Below are positions 1-12,332 of a DNA stretch of 64,000 nucleotides, piece by piece. The DNA comes from Alphaproteobacteria bacterium (lineage in GTDB: Bacteria > Pseudomonadota > Alphaproteobacteria > UBA828), in NCBI GenBank assembly GCA_965214705.1, contig OZ243972.1, positions 1,024,001 to 1,088,000 of the forward strand. Reading direction: 5' to 3'. Under the pieces are notes generated by a model, which saw only the letters and a list, made by a program, of their open reading frames with translations, did no database searches and had not been told where the DNA came from. The position numbers were made by a program, and so were the translations under genes. Each line of letters starts with the position of its first letter. Position 1 is the stretch's first letter.

Positions 1-1
1 A

Positions 2-1795
<1,794 letters not shown>

Positions 1796-1889
1796 CGGGA
1801 GGCGCGGGTCGCGCGCCTTTATTCCCGGGTGGCCAGGAGGATAGCGAGAACATTGTGCGGCCCTGGACGGGCCAACGACCAAGGATAAT

Positions 1890-4800
1890 TTAGCGCTGGG
1901 CGACGCGCGTGACCGCCGGCACCTCGGCGATCAGGACCATGATCTTCTGCACCTGCGCCTGAAACTCTGCCAACTCGCTGCCCTTCAGCTTGCGGCCGGA
2001 GGGCAGCTTGAGCGTCATCGGGTTGATCCGCTTGTTGCCCACCATCACCTCGTAGTGGAGGTGAGGCCCGGTCGACATCCCGGTGGAGCCAACGTAGCCG
2101 ATGACCTGCCCCTGACGCACGCGTTTGCCCCTCTTCATACCCTTCGCGAAGCCGCTGAGGTGGGCATAGCCGGTGCTGTAGGTACCGTTGTGCCGGATAC
2201 GGATGTATTTGCCGTAGTTGCCATAGCGGCCGATCATGGAAATCTTGCCGTCGCCTCCGGCGTAAATTGGCGTGCCCGTGGGCGCCGCGAAATCGACCCC
2301 CAGGTGCTTCTTGTTGTAGCCAAGGATCGGGTGTCTGCGCATGCCGTAGGCCGACGAGAGCCGGGCGCCGTTGATCGGCGTGCGCATCAGGGCCTTGCGC
2401 ACGCTGGCGCCTTGAGCGTCGATGTAATCCGCTGGCCCTTCCCCCGGTTCGTAGCGGAAGAGCTCGACCTCACGCTCGCCCACTTCCAGGTTCGCGTAGA
2501 GGATGGGACCATTCTCCACGAACTCGCCCGCCCTGTTGAACACTGCTTCGTAGAGGACCTCAAACCGGTCGCCTGGTTGGATATCCCACTGGAAGTCCAC
2601 GTCGAAGCTGAAGATGTGCACCATCTCCATGAGCACTTGGTTCGGCATTCCTGCGGCGAGAGCGGAGACATAAAGACTGGAATCGATCGTTCCGACTGTC
2701 CGCTGCAGGACGCGGTCGAGCGGCCTGTCCACCACGCTGGGCAGGAAGATACCGTCATTGCTGCGGGTCACCACGACGTCGCGATCCGCCGCCACGTCGA
2801 GAGCAAGCGAGGCAAGCCGAGGGGCGCCGTTCGACCCGTTCTCCGGATCGAACGCCAGGGAGAGCGTCTGGCCGATCCGTAACTTGCGTGGATTGTGTAC
2901 CTTGCGGAAGGCCACGATCGCGGCTTCCGCCTCCTCGCGCGTGCCGCCGGCCCGTGTCAGTGCTTTCGACAGCGTGTCGCCACGGCCAATGACCACCGCC
3001 TTGCGCACCAGGCCGTCGTCTCCGTCGAGCGGGGCGGCGGCGAGATCGCTGAAAGCACCGTTGATGGTGCCCTTGATGACGGGAAGGACAATCCCGTTGA
3101 CGGCACCACTTTGGGGATCCGCCGCGCCTTGCGGCTCAAGGTTGGAGGAGACGGTGGCGATCGGCGCAGCGGCGGCGACGAAGGCGCTGGTCATCACTTG
3201 GCCGCGATGGGTCACCCTTGCCCGCTCGCGCTGCGGCTTGTCCTTGGGCGGCGTGGCGACTGTGGCAGTGCGCATGAGCGGGGCAGCCATGAGCCCGAGC
3301 CGATCGACCTCTGCCGCGTCGAAGTAACCGCTCGCGACACGGCTCACCTTGACATAGCGGTCGTCGCCAACCCGCAATGCAACGGCCTTAAGGGTATCGG
3401 CGCCGGTCTCGTCGACGCCGGTGACCAGGGTGATTTCCTGCCCGATGCTGAGCCGCCTGAGGTTGAACAGCTTGCGGGCCGCCTGAATGGCGCGGTCGGC
3501 CTCCACACGGTCGATCCCGTGCCGCCGCAGAATCGCCATGAGCGTATCGCCGGAGCGCACCGTGATGCGTGTTGCGGACGGCGGCAGGGTATCGTCTGGC
3601 GCGGCAGGCGCTGCAATCGGCGTCGTCCGCTCTACCTCGGCGGCGGCGGCCACCGCGCGCGGCTGGGCAGGCGTCGGCGGCTCCGTCGTGATGCGACTGG
3701 AGAAACGTCCTTTCTCCTCGCGCTCCACCACGATGTGCCGGCCTTTCGGGAGCTTGATGTCGAGCAAAGCGACGCGTGGCTCGAAGCCTTCCACCGGCTT
3801 CTTGGCTACACGCACGGTAACGCCGGCAGGAAGGCGCCGTGGGTTGAACACGCGGCGCAGGCTCCGCACGATGGCATCCGCCTCGGGTCTACGCACGTCC
3901 GCGTCGAGGAGCAAATCCATCAACGTGCTGCCCGACCGCAAGGTGCGGCTCAGCTCAATGAGCTCGGGCTCGACAGGGTGCTGGGGACCATCGTAGCGCG
4001 CGGTGTCGGCGCTGGTCTGATCGGCGGCCGCAGGAGCGGTGTCGGCAGTCTTGGGCGTGGGCTTTTGCGGTGGCGTTATAGCGACGTCAGCCAGCTGCAT
4101 CGCGGCGTCGTCCGCCGCCGGCGCTGGAGCAAATGTTAACCCTGCGGTGCGGAGCGCGTCGGCAGTGGTGCGGCGTGCGGCGAAACCGCCGCCATCGCTG
4201 CGGACGACCGCTACTGCCATGTCGTCGTCGAGGTGGAGCGCGATGCCGCGCAGGAGGGGTGCGTCATTCGCGTCGCGCCCAGCCACGATTGTGAGGGTAT
4301 GGCCTGGCATCAGGTTGCGTGGGTCGAAGGCTGCACGCAGCGCGCTCACGACGGCGTCAACGGTCACGGCGTCAACGCCGTGGCGTTGCAAAATGCCCGC
4401 GATCGTCTGATTGCGCCGCACGGTCACGGTGCGGCCGTCGCGCTCGAACGCCACTTCGGACAGAGGGACGGGCTGAGTGAGAGGAACGGTGGTGCGGCGC
4501 GCCCTGTACCCGCCTTTCTCGGTGCGGGTAGCTTCGACGTATCGACCGGGCCGCGTCTCGACGCTGACCGCAACCGGAATGCGCCGACGCTCGCCCTCCG
4601 CCTTGAACAGAAGCCTCACCTCGCGGCCGACCGACATGCGCCGCAGGTTGGTTTGCTTCTGAATTGCCCTGCTGATTCGGTCGACGTCAACGGCGCGCAC
4701 GCCGGCCCTGGTAAGCAAGACGGAGAGGCTGTCGCCGCGTCCTAACTTGAGGGTCTCCAGCTCGGTCTCGATCTCCGCCGCAGCGAGTGCCGTCTGCATC

Positions 4801-4895
4801 GGCGCGGGCAGGACCACAGCAATCGCCGCGATCAATGCGAGCGCTGCAAGTCGGCCCATCCAACGGCGAGACTGGCGATCCATACTCCGAATCAA
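1890..4895 (-). CDS. M23 family peptidoglycan DD-endopeptidase (MepM/Csd3-like) with five tandem LysM/OapA-like modules
   Basis: N-terminal hydrophobic signal, C-terminal HLGVD...HLH zinc motifs and STGPHLHYE. Five repeats of 'V.rGdTL..iL.r.Gv....a..i.......n.r.L..G'. The start may be the ATG at 4883. Confidence 0.9.
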   Translation of the reverse strand: MIRSMDRQSRRWMGRLAALALIAAIAVVLPAPMQTALAAAEIETELETLKLGRGDSLSVLLTRAGVRAVDVDRISRAIQKQTNLRRMSVGREVRLLFKAEGERRRIPVAVSVETRPGRYVEATRTEKGGYRARRTTVPLTQPVPLSEVAFERDGRTVTVRRNQTIAGILQRHGVDAVTVDAVVSALRAAFDPRNLMPGHTLTIVAGRDANDAPLLRGIALHLDDDMAVAVVRSDGGGFAARRTTADALRTAGLTFAPAPAADDAAMQLADVAITPPQKPTPKTADTAPAAADQTSADTARYDGPQHPVEPELIELSRTLRSGSTLMDLLLDADVRRPEADAIVRSLRRVFNPRRLPAGVTVRVAKKPVEGFEPRVALLDIKLPKGRHIVVEREEKGRFSSRITTEPPTPAQPRAVAAAAEVERTTPIAAPAAPDDTLPPSATRITVRSGDTLMAILRRHGIDRVEADRAIQAARKLFNLRRLSIGQEITLVTGVDETGADTLKAVALRVGDDRYVKVSRVASGYFDAAEVDRLGLMAAPLMRTATVATPPKDKPQRERARVTHRGQVMTSAFVAAAAPIATVSSNLEPQGAADPQSGAVNGIVLPVIKGTINGAFSDLAAAPLDGDDGLVRKAVVIGRGDTLSKALTRAGGTREEAEAAIVAFRKVHNPRKLRIGQTLSLAFDPENGSNGAPRLASLALDVAADRDVVVTRSNDGIFLPSVVDRPLDRVLQRTVGTIDSSLYVSALAAGMPNQVLMEMVHIFSFDVDFQWDIQPGDRFEVLYEAVFNRAGEFVENGPILYANLEVGEREVELFRYEPGEGPADYIDAQGASVRKALMRTPINGARLSSAYGMRRHPILGYNKKHLGVDFAAPTGTPIYAGGDGKISMIGRYGNYGKYIRIRHNGTYSTGYAHLSGFAKGMKRGKRVRQGQVIGYVGSTGMSTGPHLHYEVMVGNKRINPMTLKLPSGRKLKGSELAEFQAQVQKIMVLIAEVPAVTRVAQR

Positions 4896-5067
4896 TCAGT
4901 GAACCACGCGCACGCCCATCGATTCATTGGTCGGAATCGGCAAACGACTACTGACCCTGATGGCGCAAGGGCGTCATGTCAATCATTGCTTGAGCGACAT
5001 GACCCGAAAAACACCTTGCAATTCGGCATGGTATGCCTTGTCGGCGCACACTCTAGGTCCAGGCGGC

Positions 5068-5316
5068 CTAGCGCCGACTGTGCGCTCCCGAGCGGCGGTT
5101 TTCACCTGCCGCCGCCGTCTGCAGCCGTGCGATCTCGTCCTTAACCTTGAGCTTTCGACGTTTCAAATGGGTCAGAGACAGCCCATCGGGTGCCGGCCGT
5201 CCGGCTTCTTCCTGGATAGCCCGTTCGAGTCCGGCGTGTCTTGCAGCAAGCGTGGCGAGATAGTCGTCGACCCCGATCTCAAAGGCCAGCGCGACAGGGT
5301 CGATCCGCGAATACAT
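5068..5316 (-). CDS. Small coiled-coil protein, DUF465/YdcH family
   Basis: LATLAARHAGLERAIQEEAGRPAPD...LKRRKLKVKDEI matches the DUF465 pattern. The start codon is uncertain. Confidence 0.75.
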   Translation of the reverse strand: MYSRIDPVALAFEIGVDDYLATLAARHAGLERAIQEEAGRPAPDGLSLTHLKRRKLKVKDEIARLQTAAAGENRRSGAHSRR

Positions 5317-5662
5317 CAGTTGGTGGAGCTCACTGGGGCAATCTCGACAGAGGTAATCAGCAAGGCATGCCGGGGCATCTGCGGGTCTGTCGCTAGTATG
5401 TCATATCGCATGCACCGCCGCCACGCCGTATCGCTCATCGAATCGCGTGGAATGGCCGCATGTTATCAATATTGCTATGACTCTTTCGATAGTAGGCATG
5501 ATGGGTGTCGTCGGCTCGGCGATCGGGCGTCGGTGCCCGGACACAGGAGCCAAGGCTGCCGCGAAGCGCTCGGAGCCGACGCGGGAATAGCGGGCGAAAG
5601 GCTGGTGATCGCGGAATGAGGGTTGGCGGTCGAGCGGCAGACACAGCGCCACGCCGAATGCA

Positions 5663-6700
5663 GTGAACCTTACCGCGTCTCTCGTAGCCGGCGGTGTGGG
5701 CTTCGCGGCGACGGCGGCGTTGACCGGTCTCGTGCGGGCGCTGCTACGGCGTCATGGCGTCTTGGACCGGCCCAACGAGCGCTCCAGCCATCGGGCCGCA
5801 GTGCCGCGTGGCGGCGGCATCGCCGTTGTCGGCGTCCTGCTTGCGGCATGGCTCGTGCTCTGGTTCACGGACGCCTCTGCAGGCAGCGGGACGCTCTTCT
5901 GGGTCGCGCTCGCAGGCGGGCTCGGGCTCGTCGCGGTCTCCTGGCTCGACGACCTAAGCGGTAGCGCCCCTATCTTCGTGCGCCTTGGGGTGCAGGTCGT
6001 GGCGGTCGGCGCCGGGATCGCCTCGCTCCCCGGTGACGGTCTCGTATTTCAAGGCACCGTGCCGGCCCTCGTCGATCACGCGCTGGCGGCGGTAGCCTGG
6101 CTCTGGTTTGTGAACCTGTTCAACTTCATGGACGGGATCGACGGGCTCAGCGGCGTCGAGGGCGCGAGCCTCGGGCTCGGCACGTTCCTGCTGGCGCTGC
6201 TGGGTGCCGCGCCGGCCTGGCTCGGGCCACTCGGGCTGACCCTCGCCGGTGTCTCTCTCGGTTTTCTGCTCTGGAACTGGCACCCCGCCAGGATCTTTCT
6301 CGGCGATGTGGGGAGCGTGCCGCTCGGGTACTTGGCCGGTTGGCTCCTGCTGGCGTTGGCGGCGGCGGGCGCATGGCAGGCGGCACTGCTGCTGCCCGCG
6401 TACTATCTCGCGGACGCGACGTTCACGTTGGTTCGTCGCCTGCTGCGCGGCCGGCGCGTGTGGCATGCGCACCGCGAGCATTTCTATCAGCGGGTGGTGG
6501 CGGCCGGCTGGAGCCACGGTCGCACTGCCGCACTGATCGCCGGCCATAATCTGCTGCTCGTGGGACTTGCGGTCGCCTCCCAGCAGGGCTCGGCCGCAGC
6601 TGCGGCGTCGCTTGCGGCGGGGGCGATGCTCGTCGTGGCGCTGCTGTGGTATCTTCACGCCGCCGCTCGGGCATCACGCGGCGCATCGGGGCAGAGTTGA
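5663..6700 (+). CDS. Polyprenyl-phosphate HexNAc-1-P transferase (MraY/WecA/WbpL family)
   Basis: DRPNERSSH, PRGGG, DD, NLFNFMDGIDG, FLGDVGS and HREHFYQ motifs, with many TM helices. Confidence 0.92.
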   Translation: MNLTASLVAGGVGFAATAALTGLVRALLRRHGVLDRPNERSSHRAAVPRGGGIAVVGVLLAAWLVLWFTDASAGSGTLFWVALAGGLGLVAVSWLDDLSGSAPIFVRLGVQVVAVGAGIASLPGDGLVFQGTVPALVDHALAAVAWLWFVNLFNFMDGIDGLSGVEGASLGLGTFLLALLGAAPAWLGPLGLTLAGVSLGFLLWNWHPARIFLGDVGSVPLGYLAGWLLLALAAAGAWQAALLLPAYYLADATFTLVRRLLRGRRVWHAHREHFYQRVVAAGWSHGRTAALIAGHNLLLVGLAVASQQGSAAAAASLAAGAMLVVALLWYLHAAARASRGASGQS

Positions 6701-7968
6701 TCGTCAAACGCGCGTACATGGTGGCGGCCCGCGACGTGGCCATGGCAGGCGCGTCGTTCGCGCGCGCCCTGCTGCCCCGTTGCAGGCTCGGTAGCGTGGC
6801 GCGGCGCGGCGCCGGTGTCGACCGCGACATCGATGTGCGCCCGCTTCGCTCCGAAGACCTGCTCGGTCGCCCGGAGGCCGCGCCCGACCATGCTGCCATG
6901 CGCGCCCTGGTCAACGGCAGGCGAGTCTGCATCACTGGCGCCGGCGGCACCATCGGCGCCGAACTCGCACGGCAGATTGCCCAATACGCGCCTGCACACC
7001 TCACCCTGATCGACAACGCCGAGTACAACCTCTACCGGATCAATCTCGAGCTCGAGGAGGCGCAACCGGAACTCCCACGCAGCACTGTGCTCGGCGATGT
7101 GCGGGATCCGGACAGCGTGGCTTATACCTTCGCCTCCGCCTGCCCGGAGCTGGTTTTCCACGCGGCGGCGCTCAAGCACGTGCACATGGTCGAGGCCAAT
7201 CCGGACGAGGGGGTGCTCACCAATGTCGTGGGCACGCGTAACGTGGCCGATGCCTGCATCTCGATCGGCGCCCGAGCGATGGTGCTCGTATCGACCGACA
7301 AATCGGTCGATCCCACGAGCGTCATGGGCGCGACAAAGCGCATCGCCGAGAGCTACTGCCACGCGCTCGCCCACTCGCAGGCGGCGGGGGACTTGCGGCT
7401 GGTGACGGTACGCTTCGGCAACGTGATTGGCTCCTCCGGCTCGGTCGTGCCGCTCTTCCAGCGTCAGATCGCCACCGGCGGCCCGGTAACCGTCACCGAT
7501 CCCGATGTTGCGCGCTACTTCATGACGACGCGGGAGGCGGTGCAGCTCCTTCTCCAGGCGTCGGCGCTTGGCGTGGCCGAGGAGAGCGGCGGCATCTACG
7601 TGCTCGATATGGGCGAGCCCATCAAGGTCGTCAATCTCGCGCGGCGGATGATCCACCTCGCCGGGCTAACCCCCGATAGAGATATCGAAATCGTTTACAC
7701 CGGACTGCGTCCAGGCGAGAAGAAGGGCGAGAGCCTGTTCCATCGGGCCGAGCCCATGGTCATCACCAAGATGCCCGGTATCCTCAAGGCGCGGTCGCGT
7801 CCCGCCGACATCGCCTTCATGCGGCGCCGGCTCGATCAGCTTGCGGCCGCGGCGCGCGACCGACGCACGCGCGACACGCTGGCGATGGTGGCGGCGATGG
7901 TGCCCGAGTACGAGCCGAGCGACGGTGCTCTCTCGGCGACGCCTGCTGCATCCGGGCTCGCCCTTTAG
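6697..7968 (+). CDS. Nucleoside-diphosphate sugar dehydratase (CapD/PglF/WbpM family), catalytic domain with degenerate N-terminus
   Basis: [31 protein letters not shown] and [12 protein letters not shown]. The TTG start overlaps the upstream stop (TTGA). Confidence 0.85.
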   Translation: MIVKRAYMVAARDVAMAGASFARALLPRCRLGSVARRGAGVDRDIDVRPLRSEDLLGRPEAAPDHAAMRALVNGRRVCITGAGGTIGAELARQIAQYAPAHLTLIDNAEYNLYRINLELEEAQPELPRSTVLGDVRDPDSVAYTFASACPELVFHAAALKHVHMVEANPDEGVLTNVVGTRNVADACISIGARAMVLVSTDKSVDPTSVMGATKRIAESYCHALAHSQAAGDLRLVTVRFGNVIGSSGSVVPLFQRQIATGGPVTVTDPDVARYFMTTREAVQLLLQASALGVAEESGGIYVLDMGEPIKVVNLARRMIHLAGLTPDRDIEIVYTGLRPGEKKGESLFHRAEPMVITKMPGILKARSRPADIAFMRRRLDQLAAAARDRRTRDTLAMVAAMVPEYEPSDGALSATPAASGLAL

Positions 7969-7999
7969 CCGGCCGCAACGCCCCAGCAGGAGTCACTCG

Positions 8000-9589
8000 A
8001 TGCCCGACACCCCAGGCCGGCCCATTGCCCGTGCGCTGATATCGGTTTCGGACAAGACAGGCCTGGAGCCCTTCGCTGCCGCGCTCGCGCGATTGGGCGT
8101 CGCCATCCTGTCCACCGGCGGCACCGCACGGGCCCTGCGCAACGCCGGCATTGCGGTCACCGACGTCTCGGAGCACACGGGTTTTCCGGAGATCATGGAC
8201 GGCCGGGTCAAGACCCTGCACCCGGCGATCCACGGCGGAATCCTCGCCCGCAGGAGCGATGTCGGCCATCGCGCGGCGCTGAAGGCGCACGGTATCGCGG
8301 GCATCGATCTGGTCGCGGTCAACCTCTATCCCTTCGAAGAGGCGGTGCGGGAGCGCGCCGCACTCGATCGGTGCATCGAGACCATCGATATAGGCGGCCC
8401 GGCGATGATCCGGGCGGCGGCCAAGAACCATGAGGACGTGACGGTGGTGGTCCAGCCCTCGGACTACGCGGCGGTCATGGAGGAGATGGAGACGATGGGC
8501 GGCGCCACCAGCCTCGGCTTGCGCCGACGCCTGGCTGCGACGGCGTTCGCGCGCACGGCCGCTTACGACGCTGCCATCGCCCGCCGGCTCGCGGCCGAGA
8601 GCGACGGCGACCCGCTGCTGCCCCGCTTTGTGTTAGGTGGTTCGCGGAGCAGGCTGCTGCGTTACGGCGAGAACCCCCACCAAGCCGCTGCTCTTTACGT
8701 CGACCCCACGGCCCCGCCGGGCGTCGCCCAGGCCGCGCTGATCCAGGGCAAGGAGCCGAGCTATAACAACTTGGCCGATGCCGACGCGGCGTATGGGCTG
8801 GTGCGCGAGTTCGGCCCGCCCGCCATCGCCATCATCAAGCACAACAACCCCTGCGGCGTCGCCGTCTGCGGCACCCTCGCCGAGGCATACGAGAAGGCGC
8901 GGGCGTGCGATCCGGTGAGCGCCTTCGGCGGCGTGGTCGCGGCGAACCGGCCGCTAGACGGTGCGACCGCACGGGCCATCGCGGGCCTCTTCATCGAGGT
9001 CGTGGTGGCGCCCGACGCGGACGACGAAGCGCGCGCCGCTCTCGCGGCGAGGAGCGGTTTGCGCCTCCTGCTCACCGGCGCAGGCGCCGATGACGGCAGC
9101 GAACGACTGATGGTCCGCACCCTCGACGACGGTTTCCTGGTGCAGACGCTGGATACCGCGCGGGTGACGGCAGAGGCGCTCGAAACCGTAACTAAGCGTG
9201 CGCCGACGGAGCAGGAACGCGCGGACCTCCTGTTCGCGTTCACGGTGGCCAAGCACGTGAAGTCCAACGCCATCGTCTACGCCAAGGATGGCGCCACGGT
9301 CGGCATCGGCGCAGGCCAGATGAGCCGCGTCGACTCCTCCCGGATCGCGGCGCAGAAGGCAGCGGACGCATCTGCCGCCGCCGGCGAGGCCCGCTCCAGG
9401 GCGGAAGGCTGCGTGGTGGCATCCGACGCGTTCTTTCCCTTTGCGGACGGGCTCTTGGCTGCCGCTGCGGCCGCCGCCACCGCCGTGATTCAACCGGGCG
9501 GATCAAAGCGCGACGCCGAGGTTATCGCCGCGGCTGACGAGCAAGGCCTTGCCATGGTCTTCACCGGCCTCCGTCACTTCCGCCATTAG
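8000..9589 (+). CDS. purH: Bifunctional AICAR transformylase/IMP cyclohydrolase
   Basis: [42 protein letters not shown] and C-terminal RHFRH. ATG at 8000 follows AGGAG. Confidence 0.97.
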   Translation: MPDTPGRPIARALISVSDKTGLEPFAAALARLGVAILSTGGTARALRNAGIAVTDVSEHTGFPEIMDGRVKTLHPAIHGGILARRSDVGHRAALKAHGIAGIDLVAVNLYPFEEAVRERAALDRCIETIDIGGPAMIRAAAKNHEDVTVVVQPSDYAAVMEEMETMGGATSLGLRRRLAATAFARTAAYDAAIARRLAAESDGDPLLPRFVLGGSRSRLLRYGENPHQAAALYVDPTAPPGVAQAALIQGKEPSYNNLADADAAYGLVREFGPPAIAIIKHNNPCGVAVCGTLAEAYEKARACDPVSAFGGVVAANRPLDGATARAIAGLFIEVVVAPDADDEARAALAARSGLRLLLTGAGADDGSERLMVRTLDDGFLVQTLDTARVTAEALETVTKRAPTEQERADLLFAFTVAKHVKSNAIVYAKDGATVGIGAGQMSRVDSSRIAAQKAADASAAAGEARSRAEGCVVASDAFFPFADGLLAAAAAAATAVIQPGGSKRDAEVIAAADEQGLAMVFTGLRHFRH

Positions 9590-9601
9590 GGAAGCGCGCC
9601 G

Positions 9602-10540
9602 ATGATCGTCGTCTTCGGCTCGCTCAACGCCGATCTCGTGTTCGCCGTCGACGCCCTGCCGCGCCCAGGCGAGACGGTTCTCTGCCCCGGCCACCAAGCC
9701 GTGGCCGGCGGCAAGGGCCTGAACCAAGCGGTCGCCGCCGTCCGGGCCGCGACGGATCCGACGACCTCCGTGCAGATGGTCGGCCGCGTCGGCCCAGATG
9801 GCTTTGCCTCGCTCGCACTCGCGGCCCTGGAGGACGCGGGAGTCGGCACTGGGGCGATCACCGAGAGCGCACTGCCGACCGGCTGCGCCGCGGTGATCGT
9901 GGACCGCGTAGGCGAGAACCAGATCACCGTGGCAAGCGGCGCCAACACGGACCTTCCGCCCGAGGCGCTGCCGGACGACTGGCTCGGACCGGAGACGGTG
10001 CTCGTGCTGCAGATGGAGGTCCCGCTGGAATCGAACTGGGCAGCAGTCGAAAGAGCCAAGGCGCGGGGCGCGCGCGTGGTGCTCAATCTGGCCCCGGCAA
10101 AGCCCGTGCCGGCCGAACTACTTCCTGCCTTCGACCTCGTGGTGTTCAACGAAGTCGAGGCCGAGATGCTCGCCCGTGCGCGGGCGCTTGATGACGCCGC
10201 TGGCGAGGACGCGGCCCGCGCCATTACCGCGCGCTACGGCGTGACAACGGTGGTGAGCCTCGGCAGCGCCGGAGCCGCCGCCTTCACGCCTGACGAGGCC
10301 TGGCGCTGCGGCGCACTCGCGATCGAGCCCGTGGACACGGTGGGGGCGGGCGATGCCTTCGTCGCCGGCCTCGCACTCGGGCTCGAAGCGGGGGCGACGC
10401 TGTCCGCAATGTTGCACAGGGCGAGCGTCATCGGCGGCCTCGCCTGCTTGCGTGAGGGCGCGGCGCCCGCGATGCCGTCCGCAGCCGAGATCGAGGCGCG
10501 GCTCGGCGACCTTCCGCCAGCGCAGCCTATCCCGTTATGA
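9602..10540 (+). CDS. rbsK: Ribokinase / PfkB carbohydrate kinase
   Basis: GSLNAD, PRPGETV, GGKGLNQA and DTVGAGDAF. Confidence 0.85.
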   Translation: MIVVFGSLNADLVFAVDALPRPGETVLCPGHQAVAGGKGLNQAVAAVRAATDPTTSVQMVGRVGPDGFASLALAALEDAGVGTGAITESALPTGCAAVIVDRVGENQITVASGANTDLPPEALPDDWLGPETVLVLQMEVPLESNWAAVERAKARGARVVLNLAPAKPVPAELLPAFDLVVFNEVEAEMLARARALDDAAGEDAARAITARYGVTTVVSLGSAGAAAFTPDEAWRCGALAIEPVDTVGAGDAFVAGLALGLEAGATLSAMLHRASVIGGLACLREGAAPAMPSAAEIEARLGDLPPAQPIPL

Positions 10541-11638
10541 GGAGGATGCCTCGGCGGCGCGGTCCGGAAACAGGGTCTGCAGGCCCTTCTGGGAGGCTTC
10601 GCACACGCCGCGATCGGTGATGAGCGCGGTCACGAGCCGGGCGGGTGTCACGTCAAAGGCATAGTTGGCGGCGCGACTGCCGGCGGGCGTGAGCGCCACC
10701 TTCGTCTCCTGACCCGCTTCGTCGCGCCCTGTGATCGTCAGCACTTCGTCCTCGTCCCGCTGCTCGATGGGGGTATCGGCGCCATCGGACAGGGACCAGT
10801 CGATGGTCGGATGGGGCAGCGCGACATAGAAGGGGACGTCGTTGTCGCTGGCGGCGAGCGCCTTCAGATAGGTGCCGATCTTGTTGCAGACATCGCCGCG
10901 GGCCGTCGTGCGGTCCGTGCCGGTGATGCAGAGATCGACCAAGCCAGTCTGCATCAGGTGACCACCGGCGTTATCCACGATCACCGTGTGCGGAACGCCG
11001 TGGCTGGCAAGCTCCCACGCGGTGAGCGCGGAGCCCTGGTTGCGTGGCCGGGTCTCGTCGACCCAGACATGGACCGCGATCCCCTTGTCGTGGGCCATGT
11101 AGAGCGGTGCCAGCGCCGTGCCCCAGTCGACCGTCGCGAGCCAGCCGGCGTTGCAGTGGGTGAGCACGTTGAGCGTGCCGTCCTTGCCCTCGGCCGCCTG
11201 CTCCAACAGGGCGAGACCGTACTCCCCGATCGCCCGGTTGATAGCGACGTCTTCGTCGCAGATCTCAGCCGCCCGCCGGTAGGCGGCAGCGGCGCGGTCT
11301 GCGGCAGGCAAGGGCCGCAGCCGGCGGCCGATATCCTCCAGCGCCCAGCGCAGGTTGGCTGCGGTCGGCCGCGTGCCGGCCAGGAGCGTGATGGCGTTCT
11401 CCAGGTTCGAATCGCCCGGGTCCTCGGCGAGCGCGAGGGCCATGCCGTAGGCCGCCGTCGCGCCGATAAGCGGCGCGCCGCGCACCACCATCGTGCTGAT
11501 GGCGTGTGCGGCCTCCTCGACCGAGCGAAGCCGGCGCGTTCCGAAGTTGTGAGGAAGCCGCGTCTGGTCGATGACGACGACCGTGCGGCCGTCCTCGTCC
11601 AGCCAGATGCTGCGATAGGGCTGGCCGTCGATCTTCAT
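10535..11638 (-). CDS. mtnA: S-methyl-5-thioribose-1-phosphate isomerase
   Basis: MVVRGAPLIG, RPTAANL, THCNAGWLA, DETRPRNQG, NKIGTY and FDVTP. Confidence 0.95.
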   Translation of the reverse strand: MKIDGQPYRSIWLDEDGRTVVVIDQTRLPHNFGTRRLRSVEEAAHAISTMVVRGAPLIGATAAYGMALALAEDPGDSNLENAITLLAGTRPTAANLRWALEDIGRRLRPLPAADRAAAAYRRAAEICDEDVAINRAIGEYGLALLEQAAEGKDGTLNVLTHCNAGWLATVDWGTALAPLYMAHDKGIAVHVWVDETRPRNQGSALTAWELASHGVPHTVIVDNAGGHLMQTGLVDLCITGTDRTTARGDVCNKIGTYLKALAASDNDVPFYVALPHPTIDWSLSDGADTPIEQRDEDEVLTITGRDEAGQETKVALTPAGSRAANYAFDVTPARLVTALITDRGVCEASQKGLQTLFPDRAAEASSS

Positions 11639-12321
11639 GAGCCACTGCCCGCCTTCGTCATCATATCGTAGCGCACCCGGTCGTGGGCCTCCACCGGGTC
11701 AACACCCTGACGCACCGCCTCGATGATGCCCTCCTCGATATTCTTGAAGAGCGTGGCGTGCTCCAGCACCTCGGCCGCCCGCGCCAGGGGCACGACGCAG
11801 ACCCCGTTCTCATCGGCGACGATGATGTCGCCCGGTTCGACCGGCACACCGCCGAGGTGCACGGGAATGCCGTAGCCCGCGCAGGCGCAGCGGTTGCGGA
11901 TCGACTGCTGGATGAAGCCCCGCCCGTAGACCGGCAGGTTCAGTTCCTTGTACTCGTCGATGTCGCGGGTGACGCCGTCGATCACCGTGCCAACGAGGCC
12001 GAAGTGCCGGGTGGTGAAGCCCGCGACGCCGCCATAGCTGTTCACGTCCATCCGCCCGCCCTGGTCGATCACGAGAACGTCGCCGGGATTGCCCAGCTTC
12101 ACCGCCTCCAGGGTGCCGAGCACCGGCGATTCACCGGCCTCGCCCACCGGCACCAGCTTCAGCGTCGCGGCAGGGCCCACGATCTTGCCGCAGCTATCCC
12201 AGAGCGGGCCGATGCCGTGCGGCGCGCCCGCGATCCCGGCCCGGTCGAGACCGTCCGAGACGTTGGCGGTGGAGAGCCGGCGGAATCCCTCGATGAGCCC
12301 CTTGAGGTCGGCGTCGGTCAT
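11635..12321 (-). CDS. RraA-like / HMG-aldolase family protein
   Basis: TANVSDGL, GPAAT, PGDVLVID, IDGVTRD and V.PGDIIVADENGV. Confidence 0.85.
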   Translation of the reverse strand: MTDADLKGLIEGFRRLSTANVSDGLDRAGIAGAPHGIGPLWDSCGKIVGPAATLKLVPVGEAGESPVLGTLEAVKLGNPGDVLVIDQGGRMDVNSYGGVAGFTTRHFGLVGTVIDGVTRDIDEYKELNLPVYGRGFIQQSIRNRCACAGYGIPVHLGGVPVEPGDIIVADENGVCVVPLARAAEVLEHATLFKNIEEGIIEAVRQGVDPVEAHDRVRYDMMTKAGSGS

Positions 12322-12332
12322 GGTTGCTCCCG

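Noticed and set aside
4899-5652. ORFs 4927-5619 (+) and 5401-5652 (-) in the lower-GC gap around DUF465
   Set aside because: No motifs or RBS; the plus-strand ORF overlaps DUF465. The region is more likely promoter DNA or decayed sequence.
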